Source: Anthoceros angustus (lineage: Eukaryota > Plantae > Anthocerotophyta). Taken from it: 64,000 bases of DNA. Each line of letters begins with the position of its first letter. Position 1 is the stretch's first letter. The stretch spans positions 124,001 to 188,000 of the forward strand of contig MU008172.1 in assembly GCA_010909165.1 (NCBI GenBank), in the 5' to 3' direction. The position numbers and the translations under genes are program-made. This document shows positions 36,855-48,176 of this stretch, piece by piece. The notes under the pieces are model-generated. The model did no database searches. It was given only the letters and a program-made list of their open reading frames with translations, and was not told the origin of the DNA.

Positions 36855-39800
36855 TAACGTAATTTAGGAATCTGAGGATCAATTAAACATATATAATAAT
36901 TACATTGTGTCAAGAACATACATAAAACTTATGTGTTGTATGAAAAGACAACTAAAGAGACTTATGAATCAACGTGTCTTATCCAAAGCAGTAACCCTAA
37001 TGAAAAGACATATATAATGCTAAGAGCTTAACTTGACTAAATAACCCAAACCCTAATCAATAACTAGCACATGTATTCCTTTACTCCCACTTGCTAGTAA
37101 TGATCTCGTATATCTTGGGCTCTACTACAAGCTGAAGTGGTGAGTTATGGTCTTAGCTCTCAAACTCCATAGCCATCATCTGCGGTGGTGTTACGTCCTC
37201 TCCTTCTGCGGTCAGTAAAGATGCTTTCGGTGTGAAGCCAAGCGATGATGAGGTCGCGTGCTATATAACCTTGGCACAATTCATTTTGCCGGTTACTTCT
37301 CGACTTCTTTGGGCGTAGATTTTCATCTTGAGCTCCTCTGCCATGGCCTCCGGATTAGCTATGAGCGACTCCTAAGCGCCTTGACTCGAGACGCCCTTGG
37401 AAGATTTGCGTTGGCTAGGACAACTCCGGCAGCGTGGCTCCCAAGACATCACGATACGAGTATCAAGAAAGGCGTCGGTGGGCGAAGGGAACAACAAAGG
37501 AGTTTCTTGAGCCGTCTGCTGCCCTCAAGTGCGAAATGGGTGGCCCTTCTGCTCCTCCTCAGCCAAGACCCAAAGCTCTTGTGAAACAATCACGACTCGT
37601 TGCCTTGAGTGAGGCGAGACCCATGGTCTGACCCACCTACAGATTATCCAAAGCCTCAGCGGACGCCGAGACTAGGATCATCGATGTGCTGTAAGTATCC
37701 GTGCTCACCTGTTTGGTACAAGGTCTGGGTAGGTTGCAAGAGATAACCATGAAGCGTGTGAGCGTGCGCATCTACTGCCACTGGTCATGTCGTGAGCATA
37801 TCTGAGCATCCACGAACCTTTCACATTGGTTCTTCCTTCTTTTTATGTTTGTGGTACTAAACTCTCTCTCTCCCACTTCCTCCTTGCAGGGTCAAACTTC
37901 AGACTGGAGGAAGAGGCTAATCTTGAGCCTGAAGAGCGAATTTCTTACGAAGAACATCGTCGTCGCAATTCTCCAAGATCAGATGAGAGTTTTTCTTCTG
38001 TTCATAGCTTTGGCCATGACTCCTACGAGGAGGAGTTCGAATCCGAGTCTCTTCGTTCTGGGGAGTGTGTTGACTTTGGTTACTCCTCTGACTATGGCAG
38101 CTTTGACTCGGGTTTCTAGGCCTTAGAGCATTACTTTGAATTGTTGCTGCTGCTGGATAAGAGAGCTGCTGACTCTCCCATCCCTAAACGTTGGACATGT
38201 TTCTGATGAGCATCTCTGCTCAGTGCCTTTGTGAGAATGTCTGCCGGGTTGCTTTGTGTTGGTACATACTCGAGTGCTATGGTTCCAGCTCCCACCAGTT
38301 CCCTGATGTAGTGATACTCAACTTCTACATGTTTCGTCCGAGAATGAAACACGGGATTCTTGGCTAAAGCCATCGAGCCATGATTATCGGTGTAGATAGT
38401 CGTGCATGTGGGCAGTGGAATCCCAAGTTCAGAAAAGAGTAATCTGCACCACATAACTTCCTTAGCAGCTGCAGTTAACACCCTATATTCTGCTTCTGTG
38501 CTTGAGAGTGCCATTGTCGGCTGTTTCTTGCTCGACCAACATATAGGTCCTCCTGCAAAACAAAGCACATAGCCAGAGACTGATTTCCTTGTGTCCACAT
38601 CTCCAGCATAGTCAGAGTCGGTGTAAGCTTCTATGTCAGTGCATTCAATCTGGCATGCAGGAAATACCTAAAGTTGGTGTTCCTTCAAGTACCTAAGCAT
38701 GCGTTTCAAGCTAGCCAGTGTTCGGACCGGATTTTCTAAGAGCGTGATAGGGCACTCGTTGTATAGGCCACCTCCGCCTCATTGTGTTCGATGCATATAT
38801 TAGCTTACCTACTCCATGCAGCCAGGGGATCTTTGACATTTGATCCTTCTTGTGTAGAAGGAGACATACTCCGACTAAGCTTAAGTCACTGTGGGAAGAG
38901 GGGTAGAAGCGAGTTTGCATCCTTGAGGCCCAACTGACAAAGCCTTGTCCATAAGGTAGCGTGGTTGAGTCAATGTCATCACAGTGCACTGTTCCTTTGA
39001 ATATGAATCCAGGCAGCTACGTAAAGGGCCGAGGCTAGACATCTTGAATTTAGTGGCCGCATATCTGTGATGCTTGTTATAAAAGCTTGGTGTTCTTGGA
39101 TCGGTCAGTCATCCGTACCTTTGCAAGGTAACATTACATCTCCTTTATGTAGATATAAAAGGCTGCATCGCTTGCTCTTTGTGAAACCTAATTCCGGCAA
39201 TTCAGGTGTCTAAGGCGTTCCATTTCATGGTGATTGCTTGAAGCCATACAAGCACTTGATCGACTGGAGCATGATTTTCTTTTCCTTTCACCTCATATCA
39301 CGGAGGTCTTTGCATGTATATCTACTATCCAATTTTCCATGTAGGCTTTTAACATCATACATCGCAACTCATAATCATAGTGTGTGGACATGGCAAGGAT
39401 TGTTCTAAAGGTGGCAAGCTTGACGGAGCGAAAGTTTCAAGATAGTCCAATCCGAGGACTTGTGAGAAACCCCTTGCTACCAGCGAGCCTTGTACCTATC
39501 GAAGGTACCATCGCCTTTACTTTGAGTTTGAAAACCCACTTACAAGAAACCAATTTTACACTTTGGTGGTAATTGATGCAAGCTCCATGTGCCGTTCTCA
39601 ATTAAGGAGTCATACTCGATTGTATTGCTTTCTCCCACTCTTTGTGGTCGGTCTACTCAACGCCTCTTGGTAGGATTGTGGTTCTCACGAGGATCCAGGG
39701 CGTTGCGGCATTGACCTCCACTTGTGAGGAAGTAACTCTAAAATCGGTGCCGCAGTGTGTCGGAGGTTGCCTTTGGCCGAGATGGATATCGTCTAGGTGG

Positions 39801-41386
39801 TTCTTGATGGGATCTTATGCAGGTTGGTTGGCAATAGGATTATCATCCAACTCGATTCTGCCCGACGTGCCATTTCCATCTTAGGAGGATGTTGTTCTGT
39901 AAAACTTGCTGATTTTGATCTTCCGGCGCAGTGCGTGTTCTTGTTCAACTACACCTCATCTATGTCCACGAACTCAAAATGCATATGTCATCCCCACTGC
40001 GAGCAACGTCCTCAGTTGAGCAGTGAGTTAGTGATACATTGGATCAAATTGTGAATCAACAAATCTTGTTGTGTCTTCATCTTCATTGAGGACATGATCC
40101 TCAGCGGCTCCCACGATGCCCAAGTGCGACTTTCATCAAAGGTAACACTTACGGCATACACAATCAACAAAGTTGGGCAACCTTTGTCTTCTACGGTGCA
40201 TCCGATGACCTCTATTTCGTGCAATGTTTCCAATTTTCTGGTCTCTAATTTGCCACCTATTGTAAGCGTATGTTGCATAGGAGCGGCACGAGTTTAATGT
40301 TGAATGTGTGGATTCTACTTGTTTTCTTAGCGTGCTTACAAGCTACCCCTATGCGAGTTAGCAAGCAGGTGGGCTTCAACAAGGTTAGTAATTTGAAATC
40401 CACATGTTCTATCTTTTCTCGGATCATGCAGATCAACGATCAACTGCAATTAGCCTCGAGATACTATTGAAACGTCTGTCGGCGTGTTGTCTATGTCCTC
40501 AATCACATTTATTAGCTTATCAACACTAGGTGTATGGGAAGCATGTGTTGTTAGAAAACCTCTCGATTGTAGTTTCTTTGTGGTAGGGCACCTTGTGCGG
40601 GAAGAGGATCCAACTCAAGTTGGTGAAGGAATCTCTTATTTCCTTTCACCGTCAGCGTTTTGTACTTCGTTTGTCGATGCATAGCGTGTCCGATGAGTTG
40701 CTCGGCCACGAAGTTCCAAGGTGCCTCCACAGCTTGACCCCCTACGGCGATTATGGCGGTCCAAGCTCGGCAGGCCGCCAATCCACTCGATTGGCCATTC
40801 ATGGGGCCAAATTTTTGTGTTGCTAGAAAGTCTGTTTCAACATTTTGATTTTATAGATATGCCTCTAATAATCTACTGCGGTCAGATGGTAGTTGTCCTA
40901 GTGCACTTCATCTGATTTGCTAGGGTAGCAAATCGGAGATGCGCTAGGATTACTCCCCTAATCGCTAGAAATTATAAGAGCATCTATAGAAATAAAGCAA
41001 CACAAAGCACTTTCTTTATGTTTCTATTTTCTTGATCAAGAAAGCATTTTCTAAATCAAAAACAACGAAACTATATGCAAATGCATCTTTTCAATGCATT
41101 TTACAATGTGCATTCACTAGAATGCGATCGCATCTAATGCCTACGATACCATAACGTAATTTAGGCGGATCACGGATCAATTAAACATATATAATAATTA
41201 CATTGTGTCAAGAACATACATAAAACTTATGTGTTGTATGAAAAGACAACTAAAAGAGACTTATGAATCAACGTGTCTTATCCAAATGGCGTAACCCTAA
41301 TGAAAAGACATATATAATGCTAAGAGCTTAACTTGACTAAATAACCCAAACCCTAATCAATAACCAGTAGCACATGTATTCCTTTA
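36855..41386 (-). mobile_element. Ty1/Copia element with paired LTRs, 5-bp TSD CCCTC and TA...TA termini; gag reduced
   Basis: LTRs at 36855-37083 and 41152-41386. PBS-like TGGTATC at 41151-41145 and PPT AAGTGGGAG at about 37092-37084. RNase H ORF 38131-38598 reads WSSKKQPTMALSSTEAEY, TKHVEVEYHYIRE, ADILTKAL. CCCTC is at 36850-36854 and 41387-41391. Confidence 0.93.
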
Positions 41387-41664
41387 CCCTCATCATCGCT
41401 AGCCCTGTCATCATTAGCCGCATAGCCTTCTCTATGAACTTTGGGAGCTCTTCTTGCCCCTCTCGGACATCATGTGGCGGTAGCCAGCACTTGTTGACCT
41501 TCCCACCCCGGAGTCCTCCAGGAGGCCTCCACCACCACCGAGGAGGAGGCGAAGGGCCCAAGGAGAGGAGGCGAAGGAGCCCAAGTCAAGGCCAAGGAGA
41601 GGCGAAGGCAAGGCAGAGCCCAAGGAGAGGAATGAGGCCTCCACCACCACCGAGGAGGAGGCGC

Positions 41665-43140
41665 GAAGTCCGTGGACAAAAGCGGGAAGCATCAAAGAAG
41701 GCGATGGACAGCTACGTGGCACGCCTGCAAAATGGAGAAGTTGGTGCGAAGGCGAAGATCAAGGAGAGCGGCGGTTCATCATCGGAGGCGAAGAAGATGA
41801 GCACAAGCTTGGATACATGGCGTGACCCGGATCAAGGGCAGGGAAGAAACCTCGCGGCTACGAGAAGATAGCTCGAGAGGAAGAGGATGTCTTGACACTG
41901 CGGTCACGGAAGACACGGAAGGAAGCTTGGGATCCTCTTCCGAACCTATGCCAAGATGCCAAAGTCGTTTGAGCCATTGCCAGCGAGAACAGCTGGGAGC
42001 AACATCAAAGTCAGTGGGCGATGTGGAGAAACCCTGCATGCGGAGCGATGGCACAAAAGCTTCGGAGATGCCATGTTTGACCTACAAGACATGGGGTTGG
42101 CGTGAAGGAAGTCGGGGTTTGACTCGGCGGATGTTGACAACCCTTGAAGGCGAAGCAAGTGTCCAAGATTTGCCACAAGTGGCAATGATGTCATTCCGAC
42201 CTCCGAACAAGCATCTCGTGGAGAAGCGGAATCTTTGCAGTGGGGGTGGCTTTGGTCAACAATCGGGAGGCACATTGAAATCAATGGATTCGCACCAAGG
42301 AGGGTGTTGATTGACACGGAGAACCGTGATCGTTGGAAGAAGAGTGAAGGAAGCGTTGGGTCTCCACCAAGAAAGGTTGAAGGAAACCAAGTGGAAGATC
42401 CGAATTTGGGACCACGGAGCATGTGTTGGGGTGACAAGGTACAAGTGAAGGTTTCATTCAAACCAAGAGACTTCACCTTTGTCGGTACCTGCCTTGGTCA
42501 CGAACACATTTGATGTCTTCTTTGGGAGCTTTGTACAAACACAGTCATGGTGGATTTGTGGTGAGCAGTCTACTATCGACCCGGTGGAGAAGGCTGAGCA
42601 AAAGCATGAGCGGATTGCCCGCATCCCTCTGCGGTATGGCAAGGATCATGAGAACCTCATTGCCAGCGTCTACCCGTGTTTGGCGTAGTGAAGGACACGC
42701 CATACGTGCTTGAACCTCTTGGCGTGTGTCTAACAACCACGATGGAGGATTTTGAGGAGGAGGAAGACAAGCTAGGGTTGCAACCACCCTCGGAGGAGGT
42801 TCTTCAAGTCGGACCCTGGTATGCAATGAGCCGTGCAAAAGGCGGAGGATGGTGCAAGAGGACCCGGTGTCCTATGAGCCGAGAACTGCAGTTCTTGCCT
42901 AGGGTTGAGCCTGTTTGTGACCTAAACACCGGTCATCACATGGCGACCTCGGGAAGCGGCATAGTGCTCGTGGAACTCTTTGGAGGCATCGATCTGCGGC
43001 TTGGGCGGTGCTAAAGTGTGGCATCAAAGTGCGAAGATACGTGCATTGTGACCCGGATCCAAAAGCAAGGATTGTGTCAGCGAGCGCGTAAAGACTTGAT
43101 GGGGAGTACCTAACCTCGCGTGGGAGTGGGTGAAGGGTTA
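41665..43140 (+). mobile_element. Second copy of the DNMT-bearing Gypsy (protease to DNMT motif I)
   Basis: Colinear with about 53860-55360. Contains IEINGFAPRRVLIDT, GIVLVELFGGI (42960-42990) and AVLKCGIKVRRYVHCDPDPKARIV. Confidence 0.8.
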
Positions 43141-44640
43141 TACTACTACATTTTGTCCCTCAAACAACGCTCAAAACAAGCGGTTGGAAAAGGCGTTGTT
43201 TCTTGGGTTCGAACCATACCTCGTTTGGTGTGGATTTAGTACGACTAGGTCCGGGTAATTCTTAATGAGTAATTTTAGTTCTTAACAAATAATTTTAATT
43301 CTCAATTATTAATTTTAAATTTAATCAATATAGTATATAATTAATCGGATATTTAGTAAACAATGGAATACACTTAGCAGCGGCTTCATCCATCCAGGTC
43401 TGTCCGTTCCAACTTGTCGAACTTAGCGGCCGGCCGAATCCAGGCCCCGCTTCATGAGCACATCCGTCTGTTCGGGGAAGCCATCCGTCCCGTTCGACCC
43501 TAAGGCCTTTTGTCCCAGGCTCTCCGATCCTAACGGTTCCGTTCAGCCCTAACGATATGACTCCGTCAAGTTCATCCTGGATCTGTCTGTCTCAGCTCGT
43601 CCGATCTATGATTCCGTTCGGACCTAACGGATCGGCTCCTGAGCCTTTCGTCCCAAGGGCTGTCCGATCCTAACGGTTCGTTCAGCCCTAGCAAGACTCC
43701 GTCAAGTTACATCCTAAGGATCTGTCTTGTCTCAAGCTCCGTCCGATCTAACGATTCGTCGGACCTACAGGATCGGCTCAAAATCCGTCGCATGACGGAC
43801 TGTGGGTCTCGCATATCCGAGTGTGGTGAGGATAGTTAAAATGGGTTGTAGAAAGAAAGGTCCGACCCAAGACCTCCGACACTACACATGGACAAGCCCT
43901 AGACCAATAGATGTCACGGAATAGGAGGTGTTTTTTACATATACATCACTTTCAAAACAACGGCGTCCATCACGGCAACTACCGGCAAGCATCCAGATGT
44001 TGAGGATCCTTTCTTCTCAAGCTTGTCTACACCGGAGTTCGTGCTTGCGGCAAGCTCGACCTAAGCTCGGATCGCCCGGTTTGGAGCGGATTCGGAGGCG
44101 GGATTCCAGAATGTGCTAGAGGATGTGCTTGCGGAAATCAACGTAGGCGGGAGAAGGAGCGGCGGAGATTAGGTACCCTTGTGCTCTCGAATTGCCTTGG
44201 TGGCTCATGGATGGAAGGCTGAATTGCTTCTTCTTGGTGTCATGCATTGATACTGCGTTGTTGTGAGTGTGCAGGGTAGCGGCCCGAATTGGCCACCAAG
44301 GAGGCGGGGGCAAAGGTGCCGGTGAGAGTGCCTTGTTGTGATCCGTCCATAGTAGGAAGCAGGAATTCGGAGAGCAAGGATGATGAGGTTGCAGATTATG
44401 TATCAATCTGAGTTTGAGTTAGTTAGGTGGAATTCTCACTGAAGGCGGAGAAAAATGAGAGATACACAAAATGGAGCTTGGTAGAGCATTTGGACCTCGA
44501 AGGTGGATGTGCGATGGTATCAAGCCATTGGAACACCCACAAGATGTAATCACTTGACATGGTGCGAAGCTTGATGGAGGCATTTTCCCTTTGGGCTTTA
44601 CATCGGTGACTTCCATCAATGCCGCTCAAATGTCCTAAGC
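43141..44640. mobile_element. Partial duplicate of the left end of the CACTA element
   Basis: Starts tta|TACTACTACATTTT and is colinear with 55361-56860. It then switches to LINE sequence at AAGCTGC. Confidence 0.8.
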
Positions 44641-45369
44641 TGCCAAGCGGCTTAGAAGATTCGAGTTTGAACCTTTCGACTCCTGCTTGGCCCTCTCCCT
44701 CCTCCCAACTCCCCTTTCTCACATCCCCCCTAACCACTCCATTCGCAGGGCCCTTAAATTAAGATACCTTCGCCTCACCTGGTCCCCTCTTTCCTTTTCC
44801 CCCCCTCTCACTTCTAGACTCCGCTTTTACAAAGACGAGCTCCGAGTTAATCCTCCCTCTGGTAAATTTCCTACCCTGCCCCGCTACCTCAGTTCCCCCC
44901 TTTCCTTCAAACTCCGCACACTCATAGGTCAATTTCGTGTTAGCTCCCACCACCTCCGGATTGAGACCGACCGTTGGCTCAAGCCTACCCCTCCCCAAGA
45001 CGATAGGATCTGCAAGCTTTGCTCCTTGGATCCTGAATCTGAATCACACTTCCTCTTTTATTGTCCTGCCTATGCCGATATTCGGTCTCGTTACTCTCTT
45101 CTTTTGAATGTGCGGCTTCTCATTGCGATTTTTCTCTTTCCACATTCCTAGGCTCTGGACTATGTCTCTCGAGCTTCTTGATCTTGGCGGTCCTTGTTGG
45201 ACTCCTTGTAGTCTTTGCCTTCTTTTACGCTTCCCTCATACAGTCTGCTTCTCTAGTTCAGACGTACGTAAGTGTACTCGGTTTTTAAACCTCTTTTATG
45301 CTGTACTATCTCTGTCCCATGATGGTTCTTCCATCCTTTGTGGACATAAATAAAGTTGTTGTTGTTGTT
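44641..45369 (+). mobile_element. LINE 3' end (second copy) with CCHC finger and (GTT)5 tail, followed by tRNA-Glu-like AGGATACTC
   Basis: Matches about 29535-30243. ORF 44687-45151. Confidence 0.9.
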
Positions 45370-45384
45370 AGGATACTCACTGGC

Positions 45385-48176
45385 TGTTGAGGGTTATGTT
45401 TAACCCTACCTGGTTTAGGTTACCAGGGTTTATACAACCCTAACTCAAGAGACACAATTTTGTTCTTATATACTCTTGTTTAACATTAATTGCATTGTAT
45501 CATTTTACAAAATATCAGCTTCCCCTAGTTTAACATGGTATCAGAGCATACTATTTAATGACTTGTGATCGAGGTTCATAATGAATTATTCTAGCACACT
45601 GTGCAATTGTCATGATAGACTTTTGCGAGTGCGGAGCAAATGTATAAACGCATTCTAAGTCGATGTTTCGAAGTTTACAAATAGAGAAATATGTCTATAC
45701 TACTTTGCAAATGATCCACGATAATTGGTTGCAATGGCTCGAGGACTTGGAGGACATAGGCATCGTGAAGTTCTCCACCCTCAGCCTGGAAATTGCTCTA
45801 GAAGGAGTCCTCCAAGGAGGCCCACCACCACGAGGAGGAGGCGCCCACCGTCGGCATGGTGACGAGGCGCAGATCGGGCCGCAATCGCAACCGCACCAAC
45901 ATTCGTGAGGAGTTCTAGTCCTCGAGGCCTACGTTAGACAATCGAAAAATCGAAAGGAATTGGAATTCAAAGGAATTCATATCCAGCTGCTGCTCAGCAG
46001 CCCCCAAGTCTAAATTTTGCTAATCTCTCCCTAACGTATATTACCTTGGTGGGTAGGATCAATTCGTTTGAGGCTATCTTCCTGGACAAATTTGCAAGAC
46101 TTGAAGAGCACTATTTGACATCTTTGGCTGCTCAGAAGCGTTACTTTCGAGCCCTTGCAAAACAGATCCGGGATCTTCAAGGAGCGGTGGCCCCCTATCC
46201 ACAGGTGATTCTTCCGCATAACAGGAGAGATTCGTAGGATTGATTGCGTTCATTCGCTCCAATTCTGGTCGATTCGTGATCGATTCTTCTAAAAATTTGG
46301 AGCCGGATCACTGTGCGGTCTGTGGGGAGTACCTTTCGAGCGATTTCTGTGAGGATCTAAAGCGGGCACGCTGACCGCCTCGCTACATCGCCATCTCGAC
46401 ACTGCCCAGAAACCCGGCTTGGTTCGGTTAGTTGCACCTTTTAAAATTTCGTTTTAGGTCAAATTGAAGCTCAACCGTCATTTAGGAGCCTTTTTGTTTG
46501 GCTACTAACTTTGTTCATTTAAGGGCGGCATTGCCTTAAAGCCCAAGTGGTTGCATTGAGTGCGGAAGGTTGAAGACTACGGGGCGACCTTTTGGATGAG
46601 GTCGGCAAACCCTAGATCTTGTGTGGCGGTCCACCGTCGGCATGGTGGACTTGAGAGGGCGCATCGCGAATTGCAAACTAACAACATTCGTGAGGAGTTC
46701 TAGTCCTCGGCCTACTACGTTAGACAATCCGAAAAATCGTGGGAATTGGAATTCAAAGGAATTCATATCCAGTCAGTCAGAGCCCAAGTCTAAATTTTGC
46801 TAATCTCTCCCTAACGTATATTACCTTGGTGGGTAGGATCAATTCGTTTGAGGCTATCTTCCTGGACAAATTTGCAAGACTTGAAGAGCACTATTTGACA
46901 TCTTTGGCCCGTGGCGTTACTGAGCCTTGCAAAACAGATCCAGGATCTTCAGCGGTGTCGGCCCTATCACAGGTGATTCTTCCGCATACAGGAGAGATTC
47001 GGCGAGGATTGATTGCGTTAATTCGCCCAATTCTGGTCGATTCCGGATCGATTCTTCTCGAAAATTTGGAGCGGATCGAGCAAAGTCTGTGGGGAGTACC
47101 TTTCCAGGCGATTTCACTGTGAGGATCTAAAGCGCTGGGCACGTCAGACCTGCCTCCTCGCTACATCGCCATCTCAGCACACCTGCTCCAGAAACCCGTC
47201 GGTTCAGTGTTAGTTGCACCTTTTAAAATTTCGTTTTTAGGGTCAGCTGAAGCTCAACCGTCATTTAGGGCCTTTTTTGTTTGGCTACTAACCTGTTGGG
47301 TGGCAGATGTTCCTCTCGTTAGAGTATGTCTGCAGAACAGGTTAGTGACTCCGAGTCGTCCTCCCATGATAGTGAGGATTCTCCACTTCCTAATTCCCCT
47401 GCACGTTCAGCGAATAGTCTTTTGTCTGTTAGTAGCTTTGAACCTGTATAGGAAGCAGGCATAGCAGACTATATTAGGGACTATTTGAATAGCCTAATCT
47501 TAGGGCTTTTTGGCTATAATCCTAATTGTCAAGACCAGCAACTTAATCAGCAGATACCCATTATCAATATGACTTCCTCTCCTGCACAAGTGTCAACCTC
47601 TGTTGGAGTTACATATTCTGGTGACTTCAAGGAGAAGGACCGGTTTGGTGGTCAAGCTAGCAGATTCGAGAGCTGGCGGGCCAGGATGAAAGCTTTTCTT
47701 GACGCCAGAGACCTGTGGGAATATGTGGATGGTACCCTCACAAAACCTGATCTCACTCAAGCAGGTATCACTCAGACGGATGTAGATAAGTGGGTGAAAG
47801 GTTCTTGTCTTCGCTCTCAAACTCCATAGACATCATCTGCGATAATTGGTTGCAATGGCTCGAGGACTTGGAGGACATAGGCATCGTGAAGTTCTCCACC
47901 CTCAGCCTGGAAATTGCTCTAGAAGGAGTCCTCCAAGGAGGCCTCCACCACCACTGAGGAGGAGACTGCCTCCACCGTCAGCATGGTGGACGGAGGGCGC
48001 AGATCAGTTCTGCAATTGCAACCGCACCAACATTCAGAGGAGTTCTAGTCCTCAGGCCTACTACGTTAGACAATCTGAAAAATCAGAAAGGAATTCTGGA
48101 ATTCAAAGGAATTCATATCCACCGTCAAGAGCCCCCAAGTCTAAATTTTGCTAATCTCTCCTAACGTATATTACCT
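45385..48176 (+). mobile_element. Ty1/Copia LTR (45385-45535), PBS, repeated leader and gag N-terminus (ATG at about 47568)
   Basis: TGTTG...TAACA-TGGTATCAGAGC. The gag start reads FESWRARMKAFLDARDLWEYVDG. The leader segment is iterated three times. Confidence 0.85.
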
